This document shows positions 1 to 13,073 of a stretch of DNA of 64,000 nt, one piece after another. This DNA comes from Octopus vulgaris. Lineage: Eukaryota. The stretch is from contig OX597831.1 of assembly GCA_951406725.2 (NCBI GenBank), positions 31,496,001 to 31,560,000 on the forward strand, given 5' to 3'. Each line of letters starts with the position of its first letter. Position 1 is the first letter of the stretch. The position numbers were made by a program, and so were the translations under genes. Below the pieces are notes generated by a model that was not told the DNA's origin, searched no databases, and saw nothing but the letters and a program-made list of their open reading frames with translations.

Positions 1-149
1 ATGTGTTGTAAATCCCAAAGGTGTATCATAATCAAATGAATAATAACTAACAATGGATAATTGTCAGCTCCTTACAGCTGTTTCTTACACCAAAAAACTG
101 TAATCATCAGATGAAAAATAATTTCAAAAACAAAAGAATATACCCATAT

Positions 150-214
<65 letters not shown>

Positions 215-227
215 CACATACATACAC

Positions 228-262
<35 letters not shown>

Positions 263-308
263 TGTGTAAATACATATATACATGCATATATATGTATATT
301 TATATATA

Positions 309-560
309 TGCCAAATGAAAGATGGAATGTGATAATTTATTATTAATCATGACAGTTGTTTTGACACATTTGGCATTGATCCCTCATGGGTGGGACACTC
401 AACAACTGGTTCAGGAGCATCTGGCAGCGCTGATGTATCTTGTCGGGTGATAAGTAGATACAACTCATTAGAATAACTGTTCCGCAATGTAGCTTCTTGT
501 TTTGTAGAAAGAAAAGTAGCAAGACAGAGGAAATATCTTCATTTATATAGAAGATCCAAA
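309..560 (-). repeat. Interspersed repeat, homologous in inverted orientation to 5138-5235
   Basis: The reverse complement of 310-400 matches gtgtcccacccgtgagggatc...gtgtcaaaacaactgtc...ttccatctttcattt at 5138-5231. Both copies end in (TA)n. Confidence 0.6.
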
Positions 561-984
561 ATAAAATCATAGATGGCAAAAAGAGAAATGAATGTGCAAT
601 CCAGTGAGAAAAGTATTAAAAATAACTGTTATCAAATATGGATGCATAAATACCCTCGAGCAAGCTGCATGGTGTGAGTACACTCACTCATACAAGCATC
701 CACAAAAATGCGAGCATGCGCACATGTGGGGTTTGGTACACTCACGGTCACAAAGCGACTGAGCTATCTATTTGGTGTTTGTAAGAATGGAGAGGTTAAA
801 AAGTAAACTGAAGTCATCCATACCTTAAAGTAAATTAAATTAATGTTAACGGTTATTCAAAATTCATTCCCACCATGTTTAATGTCTGTTTTCCCATGCT
901 AACATGAACTTGGATGAGAAGTTATTTGAGGCAGAATTTTACGGCTGGATGTTCTTCCTGTCGACAACCTTTACCATTCTTCCT

Positions 985-1352
985 CTTTTATCTTTTACTC
1001 GTTTCAGTCATTGGGCTGTGCCCATGCTGGGGTACTGCCTTGAAGGGTTTAGTCACACAGATCGAGCCCAGTACTTATTTGTTCAAGTCTGGTACTTATT
1101 CTATCAATCTGTTTTGTTGAATCGCTAAGTTATGGGAATGTAAATAAACTAAGGCTGATTGTTAAGCGGAGGGGAACAGCAAATACATAGATATATAGAT
1201 ATATACTTGTGTGTGTGGGTGTGTATAACAGGCTTCCACACAGTTTCCATTTCCCACTCCCAAGGCATTAGTTGGCTCAGGGCTACAGTAGGAGGCACTC
1301 ACACAAGATAATAATGGATTACAAAGTGTACTTCTTAACCGCACAGCCATGC
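985..1352 (-). mobile_element. SINE family A, diverged
   Basis: Same motif order as 9587-9993. Confidence 0.7.
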
Positions 1353-2794
1353 CTGCATGACATGAAAGATTTGGGAGTGGGTTGGCTTTTTCTTATTCAA
1401 CTAGCCTTCAAAAGCACAATGCCCTCCTGTCATATGAACAAGCAGTGCCAACATCACCATCGCTTCACTTCATTAGTGACAAGTTTGGAATTCAGTATTC
1501 ATGCATATTTGTGCACACATACAGTTTCCATCTTCCAGATTCCTCACAAGGCATCAGTGGACCCAGAGCTACTCTTCTCTTCATGGCACCCTAATATTTG
1601 TCTCTTTTGTTTGGAGGAGAGTAAGTTTATTGAAGTGACCTTTAGAAATATGTACCACCACTTGTTTTCTTCAAATTCATAATCAAGTACGATGTGAAAG
1701 CACAGTACTTCTTACTTAATATTCTAATATATAAGACTTTAAGTCGTCAGAGTCCTAACTGCAACAATATAGCTTTATAGTCTCACTCTTTCTGCTGGTC
1801 ATATACGCCTAGTAGAAAGTGTATAGCATTCCCATTGTGGGAAAATTGTTATACTAATAAAGCGGCTAAGTTTTGATAAATGTATTCTGAATACGAACCC
1901 ATGAAATAATGAAAATCTCACAGAAAAAAATAAATTGTTAAAATATTCTGCAAACAACTTGAATGAGAGTATTGCTGGTTGTGAATGTCACTGTCGTGAT
2001 CAGCGAAAATATGGTTGACCAAAGACTGGACTACTGATAGCTGCTTCTTTACTGCCAACATTAACAAGCATTGAAGGACCTGACAAACAGTGGTATGTTT
2101 GTAAATGTCTCTCTACTATCTCTCACCAATGCTAAATAACAACATGGCTTCACAGTTGGATATCACTTCATTAAGACATTTCCACAAATGTGCTTTTGAA
2201 TAATACTAAACTGTTGTCATGCTACAAGACTTAAACATAACCTCTAATTGATTGACTCAGATCAACTCCTGTGTCCACACCTGTAAACTGTACACTGGAC
2301 TATTGTCCTACACAGCATATCTACACACCGCAGCTATATGTTATATACCCACAGAATTTTTCGCTATCTGCTCAAAGTGATGTAAGTCCTTTATATGGCC
2401 TAATGGTAAAGGCATTCGGCTCATGCTCATAAAGTTGAGTTCAATTCTGGACCAGGCAGTAATTTTGTCCTTGGGCAAGGCACTTCATTTCATGTTGCTT
2501 TTGTCTATGCGGCTGTAATGCAACTTTGTCTCGCTTCAGCTGTCACATCCCAGATGTGCCAGTGGGTCGACACAGTAAGAGGGCTAAGAGAGGGTGCCTA
2601 TGTCCTCCCATAATTACACAGGCACCTAAAAAGAATTAGTGAAAGCATAGTGCATGTTGTGAACATTCCAAATATTGCATATATAGGCACAGGCACGGTG
2701 GCTACATGGTAAGAAGTTTGCTTCCCAGCTACATGGGATTTTGAGGGCTGTTTGGAACAGGAGTTCCAATCAATGTTGCACCTTACCGTCCAGT

Positions 2795-2965
2795 GATTGT
2801 GACTGCACCTGGCATTCTATGAATGCAGCTATCTTCTACAAGTACAGCTGGCTTCAAAAATGAGTGCAGTCAGCTTTGACAAGTGCAACCAGCCTCCACA
2901 ATGAGTGCAGTCAGCTTAGACAAGTGCTGCTGACTTGCTTTTACAATGAGTGCAGCCAGCTTCTA
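2795..2965. repeat. Short degenerate tandem repeat (aatgagtgcagtcagctt...acaagtgc)
   Basis: Units of about 40 bp visible 3-4 times. Confidence 0.65.
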
Positions 2966-3602
2966 AGTTTCTCAGGTTATTTGAACCCTAAGCCATGCTC
3001 AGTCAGCATGAGTTTGTAAACAAAAGTCACCAGCTGCAATGAGACTTACAATAAACAGAAGGAAGAGATATATAATATTTTTGTCGTAGGAAGTTTGATA
3101 TATTTGTTGTGACATGTAATCTGTCTGAATGGTCACATAATCACTGTCAGTCATGTGAGTCACCACTGTGTTCAGTAAGGTGAGAATATACCCAGGTAGT
3201 TGTATAGTTTTTGATCAAGTACACGCTTTGTGTATATTGTATGCATTGTATGCATGGGTGAGTGCTGTGTGCAAAAGGTGAAGGATCCAAACAAAAAGGT
3301 TGGCTAAACTCTGTAGATATATTCTGTAGTAGAATGTATGGTTGTAGCTGACATAATTAGATGCGATCATTCGAGACAATTATACCTTGTTAGCTAATGA
3401 GCTATTTACATTACAAATGTTGTTAGTATGTGAATGTGTATCTGTGTATATGTGTGTGTGTGTTCAGATCCTCCACAGCATCATTCAATGCCAGCATGAA
3501 GTAGGAATGGTGATGATGATGATGTTTAGGATTTGAACACATACAAGCATTCACACATTCAAGTAAAAACATATATTCACATACTAAAAACATTCATTAT
3601 AG

Positions 3603-3636
<34 letters not shown>

Positions 3637-4056
3637 TCATTCATTTGTATTTCTAAGAAGAATTCAGATAATTTAAAAGAACTTAATTTGTTTGAGGAGT
3701 GGCTTCAACAAGGCCTCTGCAAACTGACCCAGACTGGCAAGGTCAGTGCGGGTCATACACACACACATATACCACTTTTTCCAGTTGTGTGTGTGTGTGT
3801 GTGGGAGAGAGAGAGAGAGAGAGAGAACAAAGGGACTTAACTCTGAATTGTCATTTCATTGTGGCTTCATTCATGATGGTATTCCATGTTCAGCTCCATT
3901 GACTTTGAGTGAATGAATTACAAGGAGTGAAGGAAGGGAGAAAGGAGGCGGGAGGAGAGAGAGAAGTGAGAGGCAAGCTTGTTTATGAGAGTCAGTTATA
4001 GAGTAGGTGGCTGGTGTATGTATGTGTATGTGTGTGTGTGTGTATATATATATATA

Positions 4057-4368
4057 TTAATAAATAAAACATATGCATATATATATATATACATATAGGT
4101 ACATACCTACCTCTACATGTATATATACACAGGACACAAAAAAAACGTTGAACACAATGAGAAACGAAAACATAGACACAAACCCAAGGAACTGGACATT
4201 TTTTTTAAACAACAACAAAAATAGAGTACAGGACAAATAACACAAGGAAAAAACCCCTTCTTCAGTCGCCATGGTTTCATCTACTCTACGTTTCGAAGGT
4301 GAAGGTGACATATCTTCGATAGAAACTTTCCTTCCTGCGAAAAGCAAATCAAATAAAATTTGAGATCT
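4057..4368 (-). mobile_element. Short TA-embedded element, Penelope-terminal-like
   Basis: Complex sequence between TA tracts. It shares a CTGAWGAAGGG + T-rich arrangement with 33820-34050. Confidence 0.4.
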
Positions 4369-4482
4369 TTTATATATATATATGAATGTGAAAGTATGTC
4401 AGTGATTGTGTATGTATGTGTGTGTGTGTGAGAGAGAGTTTATGTATACACCACACACACACACACACACACACAAAACTAA

Positions 4483-4800
4483 CTGGTATTCCATGGGTTA
4501 CAAAGATGCCAGTTGACCTGATCAACAGAACAGCCTACTTGTGAAATTAACATAAGTGGCTGAGTACTCCTCAGACACGTGTACCTTTAACGTTATTCTC
4601 AGGGAGATTCAGCATAACACAGAATGTGACAAAGCTGGCCCATTGAATTACGGGTACATTTCATTTTTGCCAGCTGAGTGAACTGGGGCAACATGAAATA
4701 AAGTGTCTTGCTCAAGGACACAAAGCATCGCTGGGAATTGAACTCACCACTTTATGATTGTGGGCCGAGTACCCTAATCACTAACCCACACATACCTTCA
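4483..4800 (-). mobile_element. SINE family C (tRNA head, CORE-like tgtgtccttgagcaagacacttt)
   Basis: Minus strand has tgtgggttagtgattagggta...gagttcaattccc. Related copies lie near 2390-2520, 48945-49090 and 53250-53520. Confidence 0.75.
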
Positions 4801-4842
4801 CTACACATACACACACACGTGAAAATGTAAACAATTGTAAAC

Positions 4843-5138
4843 AGGCACAAGAGTGGCTGTGTGGTAAGTAGCTTGCTTACCGACCACATGGTTCTGAGTT
4901 CAGTCCCACTGCGTGGCACCTTGGGCAAGTGTCTTCTACTAAAGCCTCAGGCCGACCAAAGCCTTGTCGGTGGATTTGGTAGACGGAAACTGAAAGAAAC
5001 CTATCATATATATGTGTGTATGTGCTTGTCCTTCTAACATCGCTTAACAACCCTAACCCAAACATCGCTTGACAACCGATGCTTGTGTGTTTACATCCCT
5101 GTAACTTAGCAGTTCGGCAAAAGAGCCGATAGAATAAG
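4843..5138 (+). mobile_element. SINE family A, 3' end interrupted by another repeat
   Basis: Aligns with 9587-9993 up to gatagaataagt. Confidence 0.8.
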
Positions 5139-5234
5139 TGTCCCACCCGTGAGGGATCGGTACTAGATGTGTCAAAACAACTGTCGTCATTAATAAAAAT
5201 TCTTGTATATTCCTCCTTCCATCTTTCATTTACC

Positions 5235-5660
5235 ATATATATGTATATTTGTGTGTATGTATATGCGTGTTTATGTATATGCGTGTGTATGTATATGCAC
5301 ATGTATTTGTGCATGTATGTATATGCATGTGTATGTATATATGTATGTATGTATATGCATGTGTATGTATATATGTATGTATGTGTATGCATTTGTATAT
5401 ATGTATATGTGTGTGTATGTATATGTGTACGTATATATGTATGTATGTACAAATGTATGTGTGCATACGTATATATGTATGTGTGTGTATATGTGTGTAC
5501 GTATATATGTGTATGTGTTTGTATGTGTGTGTGTGTGTGTATGTGTATGTATGTATATATGTGTATATATGTATATATATGTATGTATATCTATATGTAT
5601 ATATATGTATCTATGTATTATATATATGTATGTATGTATGTATGTCTATATGTATATACA
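5235..5660. repeat. (TATG/TA/TG)n compound microsatellite
   Basis: Seen directly in the sequence. Confidence 0.95.
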
Positions 5661-6312
5661 CACAGGCATGGCTGTGTGGTGAGGAAGTGTGTTTTGTAAG
5701 GCCATTGTTTCGGCTTCAATGGCACACTATGTCACACCTTGGGCAAATGTCTTTTACTATAACTTAGGGCTGACTGATGGTGGATGGATTTCATAGATGG
5801 AATTTGTGTACCTCTGTGTTCCTCCCCACTGCACGACAACTGGCGTTGGTTTGTTTATATCCCTGATAGAATAATTCCCTGACATAAAAGTAACTACTGG
5901 GCCAAGTAAAAGACCAATTGTAGGTGTTGCTCCAGCACAGCCACAGCATCATGTCTGAGACAAAAGATTGGAAGAATCCTCAAATACTTTCTACATCTTC
6001 CATATCTATGTCTCGGCACACAACCAAACACGGTACACACAGGCCACACGCTTGCATACACACACACTTGCATGCACACACTCACACATACACACTCGCA
6101 CGCACACTCATGCAAGCCACATGCATACACCACACAAACTTATGTTTTTTGTCTCAGAAAGCTGAGACTAATTTGATGATAGAATTTGAATTTTAAGCTA
6201 TAAAACACCCATATGTATAGACATGTACACATATATAGACACACATATACACATGAGCATGTGCATACATATGCACAAGCACACAGATGCTCTCACATAC
6301 ATTCACATTCAT

Positions 6313-6359
<47 letters not shown>

Positions 6360-6362
<3 letters not shown>

Positions 6363-6588
6363 CGGCGAGCTGGCAGAAACGTTAGCACGTCGGGCGAAAT
6401 GCGTAGCCATATTTCGTCTGCCGTTAAGTGTTCTGGGTTCAAATTCCGCCGAGGTCGACTTTGCCTTTCATCCTTTCGGGGTCGATAAATTAAGTACCAG
6501 TTACGCACTGGGGTCGATGTAATCGACTTAATCCCTTTGTCTGTCCTTGTTTGTCCCCTCTATGTTTAGCCCCTTGTGGGTAGTAAAG

Positions 6589-6592
<4 letters not shown>
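6360..6592 (+). mobile_element. SINE family B, full length, in (TA)n
   Basis: tRNA-like head (gagctggcagaaacgttagca ... ggttcaaattcc), central gcctttcatcctttcggggtcgataaattaagtaccag domain and LINE-like tail. Confidence 0.88.
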
Positions 6593-6625
<33 letters not shown>

Positions 6626-7614
6626 AACACACATATCTATATATATATATACACAAACACACATCTATATATACATACACACACCCACATACTAATGAAC
6701 AATATATACACATGCGTTCACACACACATACACACATGCACGCATCGATTCATATACATAGTTGCATACACTCACACACGTGCATTCAGACACACCTTCA
6801 CTCACAAACATGCATGCAAACATACACACACACACACACTCTCTCTCTCTCTCTCTCACCAGGTGTCTTTTCAATAACATATCCATCACCCACATACATA
6901 CAAACTGCATTAAAGCACGTCACGCATGCATGCATACACTACACACACACACACACACACATTCACACACATATGTACACACACACATTCACACACATAT
7001 GTACACATGCACAGTTCATTACAATAACAGAGCAGGAAATGAATCCGTCTTCAGATGTTCTGTTTGTAAAGATGTCTTCAGTTGTGAATGGATTATATAA
7101 CGTTGAAGGAGGGAGGGAGCGGGCAGAGAGATTCATTATACACATGTACAGTTTTGTATAGCCTTACTCCTGACAGAGGTGGTGGAGACGGTGGGCCCCT
7201 TATACACATTCATCCAATCACACATGTAAGTATACCTAAGCAGTCAAGACATGCTTGTATGTATGTTTCTGAATATGTATGTCTGTATGTATAGATATAA
7301 AAATACATTCACAAACACACACATTGACACACAAAAAGCATTTGGCTGTGTATATTTATGTACATATACACACCAAAAATTAAAAAAATATGTGTATATA
7401 TGTAAGTGTGTATCAGTATGTATATATATGTGTGTGTGTGTGTATGTATATATGTGTGTGTGTATCAGTATGTATATGTGTGTGTGTGTGTATGTATATA
7501 TGTGTGTGTGTGTATGTATATATGTGTGTGTGTGTCTGTATATATGTATGTGTGTGTGTGTATATGTGTGTGTACATGTATATATGTGTGTGTGTGTATG
7601 TGTATATATATATA

Positions 7615-7763
7615 CAAAAACTGTCTGATGAACAGCAACGAGAAACTCAGAGTAACAGATTTTGTTGAATTTTCTGCTGCTTTAAATAAAGCATATTACT
7701 CTACCACTGGTATTTGAGTACTCTTTTTTTCCACCTTGTTTCACATTTATGTGTTTACTCCGG
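7615..7763 (+). mobile_element. Short hammerhead-bearing Penelope-like terminal fragment in a TA microsatellite
   Basis: Nearly identical to 12807-12918 and flanked by TA-rich repeats on both sides. Confidence 0.6.
7617..7663 (+). ncRNA. Minimal type I hammerhead ribozyme motif (second family)
   Basis: AAAACUGU-CUGAUGA-ACA GCAA CGA-GAAA-CUC A GAG-UA-ACAGAUUUU. Stem II is mismatched in this copy but perfect (ACG GCAA CGU) in the copy at 12781-12790 (-). Confidence 0.65.
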
Positions 7764-8360
7764 TATATATATATATATATATAAGTATATATGTATATAT
7801 ATATAAGTATATATGTATATATATATAAGTATATATGTATATATATATAAGTATATATGTATATATATATATGTATATATATATATGTATATATGTATAT
7901 ATATATATGTATATATATATATAAGTATATATGTATATATATATATAAGTATATATGTATATATGTATATGTATATATATATATAAGTATATATGTATAT
8001 ATGTATATATGTATATATATATATATATATATAAGTATATATGTATATATATAAGTATATATGTATATATATAAGTATATATGTATGTATATAAGTATAT
8101 ATGTATGTATATATATAAGTATATATGTATGTATATAAGTATATATGTATGTATATATATAAGTATATATGTATGTATATAAGTATATATGCTGTATGTA
8201 TATAAGTATATATGTATGTATGTATATAAGTATATATGTATGTATGTATATAAGTATATATGTATGTATATATATAAGTATATATGTATGTATATATATA
8301 AGTATATATGTATGTATATATATATAAGTATATATGTATGTATATATGTGTGTGAATTTA

Positions 8361-8393
<33 letters not shown>

Positions 8394-8402
8394 GTATGTA
8401 TG
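7764..8402. repeat. Higher-order TA minisatellite (TAAGTATATATGTA(TA/TG)n)
   Basis: The motif ataagtatatatgta recurs about 20 times. Confidence 0.95.
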
Positions 8403-9199
8403 TTCATAGCCTTCTTTTTATGTGTAACTTTTAAATTTGCTTCTCTGAATATTGTTCTTCAATTCCAAAAGAGTCACCAGCCAAATGAAACGGACTTTGT
8501 GAAACTAACAATTACAGATTTTTTTACCGTAATGTGTCATCATCCTTTGATGCACCTGGACTCATCACCTGTGGCGTTTCCTTGAGTCATTTGGTATTTG
8601 GAGTCTTTCGTCAATTAGACACCCTCATCCAGGTAACCCAGTCAGGATTGATTCCAAGTTAGCGCCGATCCTTCCAGAGTTCCAAGTACACACACACACA
8701 CACTTATATAGATATCACCACTATCATCATCATCATCGTGCTTCTACTTTCCATATCATCATGAATGGTTATTTTCTTCAGTTCAAGTCAGTTTTTATTC
8801 GTGTAACTGGCCTCCCAAATGGGTCAGAGACTACATCTTACTTCCACTGCACAATGTTTGACATGTTTTCTACAGCTGGATGCACTTCCTTGTATCAATC
8901 ACTTTACAGACTGCCAGTTTATCTGTTTGCCTTTTATGTGTTTCAGTCATTAGACTATGGCCATGCTGGGGCACCACTTTGAACAATCTTTAGTCAAATC
9001 AACCCCAGTATCAACACAGACTAACACACACACACACACACACATTTGTACAATGGGCTTCTTTCACTTTCTGTCTGCCAAATCCACTCACAAGGCTTTG
9101 GTCAGCCTGAGGTTGGAATGACTGGTATGTGAGAGTGGTAGTGGACGGGGGGGGGGGGGGATTGATGAGGAGCAGGGTGGGCATAAAGTGAAAGAAGAG

Positions 9200-9472
9200 A
9201 GACTGTTATGGCAGCCACATATTTGCCAATATCAGAGAGAGATAGAGAGAGAGAGAGAGATAAATGGTAAGAAAGTTGGGTGACTGATCTTTTTGCTTTT
9301 ATAGCAAATAATATGGGGGAGAGGAAGTAATGGCTGGAAGAGAAACAGTAATGGTTGCCAAACACTTACCAGTGTCTGGGAGAGAGCAAGGGATAAATGG
9401 CAACAAAGTTGGGTGACTGAACTTTGCTTGAATAACAAATAGCTTGGAGGAGAGGGAGTGATGGCTGGCAGC
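9200..9472. repeat. Diverged tandem duplication, two units of about 135 bp
   Basis: gataaatgg..aaagttgggtgactga...atagcaaata..ggagagg..gtaatggctgg occurs twice. Confidence 0.65.
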
Positions 9473-9586
9473 ACTGAAAGGATGCTGATAGACTATATTG
9501 GATTTAAGCAGATTTGGTACTGTCCATCATATACAGGGCATCTTGGGTGAGAATGAGAGAGAAGTAGTCAAGTGTGATGAAGTATA

Positions 9587-9993
9587 CTCTCTTTTACTCT
9601 TTTACTTGTTTCAGTCATTTGACTGCGGCCATGCTGGAGCACCGCCTTTAGTCAAGCAAATCGACCCCAGGACTTATTCTTTGTAAGCCCAGTACTTATT
9701 CTATCGGTCTCTTTTGCCGAACCGCTAAGTGACGGGGACGTAAACACACCAGCATCGGTTGTCAAGCAATGCTAGGGGGACAAACACACACACACAAACA
9801 CATATATATATACATATATATACATATATACGACAGGCTTCTTTCAGTTTCCGTCTACCAAATCCACTCACAAGGCATTGGTCGGCCCGGGGCTATAGCA
9901 GAAGACACTTGCCCAAGATGCCACGCAGTGGGACTGAACCCGGAACCATGTGGTTGGTTAGCAAGCTACTTACCACACAGCCACTCCTGCGCC
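9587..9993 (-). mobile_element. SINE family A, near full length (tRNA-like head, CORE-like domain, internal TA/TG microsatellite)
   Basis: A-box-like tggctgtgtggt, B-box-like ggttcagtccc, CORE-like ttgggcaagtgtctt and an AGTAAAAG-type tail. Many other copies occur in the window. Confidence 0.85.
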
Positions 9994-10199
9994 TATATGT
10001 GCAGGTATTTTACCAGCCCCTACCCCAATAGCAAGGTGCAGTGAATAGGGGAGAGGACGATCAGAGGAACGGTTAGAGTTAGAGATATTAAGAAGGCTGG
10101 ACAGATCCAGTATCATCTATTGACTTACTTGGGCAGCGGAAGTGGATGGAGAGTGTGTAAATGAATGATAGAGTCAAATGAGATGGGAGGAGTAGATGG

Positions 10200-10746
10200 A
10201 GCAGCAGTGGCTGTGCGGTAAGATAATTACTTCCCAACCACATGGTTCTAGGTTCAGTCACACTGTGTGGCACCTTGGGCATGTGTCTTCTACTATAGCC
10301 TCAAGTTATATATATTTCTTTACTGTCCAGAAGGGGCTAAACATAGAGGGGACAAACAAGGATAGACGAAGGGATTGAGTGCGAAACTGGTACTTTATTT
10401 ATCGACCCCGAAAGGATGAAAGGCAAAGTTGACCTCGGCGGAATTTGAACTCAGAACGTAACGACAGACGAAATACCGCTAAGCATTTCGCCCGGTGCGC
10501 TAACGTGTCTGCCAGCTCTATATATATATATATATGTGTGTGTGTGTCTGTTTGTCCCCCGCCCCCGCCATTGCTTGGCAACCAATGTTGGTGTGTTTAC
10601 GTTCCCGTAACTTAGTGGTTTGGCAAAAGAGACTAATAGAATAAGTACTAGGCTTACAAAGAATAAGTCCAGGAGTCGACTTGTTCAACTAAAGACAATG
10701 CTCCAGTATAGCCGCAGTCAAATGACTGAAACAAGTAAAAGAAAAG
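10200..10746 (+). mobile_element. SINE family A split by an antisense SINE family B (10312-10517)
   Basis: Family A 5' part at 10200-10303, family B reverse complement, family A 3' part at 10535-10746. Confidence 0.75.
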
Positions 10747-11466
10747 GATGTATTAGGCAAGTGGTGTGTGTGTGTGTGTGTGTGTCTATATATGAATGCA
10801 GATAGAAAGTTTGGCAGCTGAGCAACCAGGGGTATCTTACAGCCTGCATCACTCATCATCATCATTACCATTTTGGTATTTTGTTTCATCAATGGATGAA
10901 CAGGTTTTGTTCAGCATCTTGTGTCCCCAATAATCGAGGTTCTCTGATAACCCAGCTTGACCACTGTCCTGTGACTGATACCCATAGAAGAAGAAAAGAA
11001 TACATGTTGTCATAATCATCATAATCATAACCATCATGATTTTGTATCCTGCCCACCCCCATCACATGGGCAGGGTATATATACACATCAACATAATATA
11101 TGGAATTTGCAAATGTATACTGTGAAGTGTGTATATGTGTGTGTGAATATATGTGTATGGACATACACACACATTCACACATGTACAGTTCATTACAATA
11201 ACAGAGAGGAAATGAATCCCTCTTCAGACGTTCTGTTTATAAAGACGCCTTCAGTTGTGAATGGATTATATAACATTGAGGGAGGGAGAGAGAGCGAGTG
11301 TCATAATACAAGTATAGGTTTATATAGCCTTACTGCTGATAGAGGTGGTGGAGATGGTGCTGAAGAACACACATCATGGAGATACACACACACACACGAA
11401 TACAAAAAGATTACACATCATCATCATTCTACATCTATTTTTTTTCTTCTTGCTTCCATGGTATGT

Positions 11467-12546
11467 TTCTGGTCATCCCGTAAATAATGTGGGTTTTTTT
11501 ACACTTTTATTTTTCAAAATTAAGATAAGCAAAGTTCTGTTTTTAATCTAAAATATACTCTCCTTCATTTTCTACACTGCTCTTTCATCTATCTGGTAGA
11601 CTTGCAAGGACCCTCTTCCAAAATTCACTTGTCTGTGATGAAAAATATTCCTCCAGTACTGTTCTGACCTCGTCTACACAATTCATATTTTTTCCGACCA
11701 AATGATTTTGAAGACTGCAAATAAATGATAATCAGATGGGGCAATGTCCAGCAAATATGGTGAGTAGGACATAAGGTCAAAGTGGACTAAACTTTTCATA
11801 TCCCACCAAACAAATAACAACACCTTATGTGGGTGAAGACCTTCTTTAACCTGGGGTGTTGGTGTTTCTCCTTTCCCTTCCCTCTGTCTTCGGCGCTTGA
11901 CATTCTTATAGAGAACATATTTCTCATCACCAGTCACTATTCAGTCCAAAAAAGGTTCATTTGTGAGATGTAACTGCAAAGAAGAACACACATCCACCTT
12001 CCGAATGTGATTAGACTCGGAAAGTTTGTGAGGAACCCATTAACCCAATTTGCTGACTTTTCTGATGACACACAGGTGTCGATGAATGGTTGAATGACCA
12101 AATACCAGCTTCTCTGCCAGTTCCTCAACAGTTACAATGGGATTTTGTTCCACCAGGGTTTGCAGGACATCCTCGTCAAGCTCTACAGACCTTCCAGGAT
12201 GAGGCTCTTATTCCAGGCTGTAGTTTCTGGCTCAGCATTTCTGGAGCCACCTTTGACACTGGCTTGCGATTATTGTCCATTCCCCATATACTGCATTAAT
12301 ATTCCTTGCATTTTACATTACATTGTTGCCTTTATTGAACTCATAAAGCAAAATATGCCAAATATGCTCCTTTGTCACTTCCATTATAGCTTTGAAAAAA
12401 TAACTTAAAATTGAACTGTATTCCTCAAAATTTGCATGAGGTAAAATTACTACCTGCTTCTATAGTGAATTGATGCACGTAATTTATCCCGTCCCCCTCT
12501 TTTCAAGCAATTGAAAAAACTGCATTATTTATGGGATAACCCAATA
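11467..12546 (-). mobile_element. Decayed Tc1/mariner (mariner-type DD34D) transposon with TIRs and internal deletion
   Basis: Minus-strand peptides WVPHKL, TGDEK, LHPHKVLLFVWWD and YSPY..DIAPSDYHLF. Imperfect TIRs ggtcatcccgtaaataatg (11471) and cattatttatgggataacccaa|ta (12523-12546). There are frameshifts and the second catalytic Asp region is missing. Confidence 0.9.
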
Positions 12547-12730
12547 TATTCATCTAGCTATATGTATATGTAGATTGCATGTGTGTGTTTGTGTGTGTGT
12601 GAAGGTGGATTATACCAAGTAATATCCACCTTCCTATTTCCTTTTCTTAGCTTTTAGTGTATATATACACACACACAGTTTCTATATATATGTGTGTGTG
12701 TTTGTATATATATATATATATATATATATA

Positions 12731-12918
12731 CTTTATTTAAAGCAGCAGAAAATTCAACAAAACCTGTTACTCTGAGTTTCACGTTGCCGTTCATTGGATA
12801 GTTTTTGCAACGTGAAACTCAGAGTAACAGGTTTTGTTGAATTTTCTGCATATTACTCTCCTACTGGTATTTGAGTACTCTTTTTTCCACCTTGTTTCAC
12901 ATTTATGTGTTTACTCCG
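12731..12918. mobile_element. Same family as 7615-7763, as an inverted partial pair (minus copy 12731-12806, plus copy 12807-12918)
   Basis: gcagaaaattcaacaaaacctgttactctgagtttcacgttgc is the reverse complement of gcaacgtgaaactcagagtaacaggttttgttgaattttctgc. (TA)n lies on both sides. Confidence 0.7.
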
Positions 12919-12949
<31 letters not shown>

Positions 12950-13035
12950 TATATATATAGCTGTATAAATGCAATATATACATACATTTTGTTATACATG
13001 CACATAGCACAACAAAATGTGTATGTATATATGTG

Positions 13036-13072
<37 letters not shown>

Positions 13073-13073
<1 letters not shown>

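Noticed and set aside
343-579. 78-aa minus-strand ORF as a host exon
   Set aside because: Its 3' part is repeated at 5138-5235, so it belongs to an interspersed repeat.
4274-4326. Hammerhead-like motif on the minus strand (gtttctatc GAAGA ... GAAA cgtagag TA gatgaaac)
   Set aside because: The C3/U4 core positions are missing and stems II and III are poor, so it cannot be called without a family consensus.
8560-8640. Minus-strand GATGAG...gtc taatt gac GAAA motif
   Set aside because: The core is incomplete and there is no convincing stem I.
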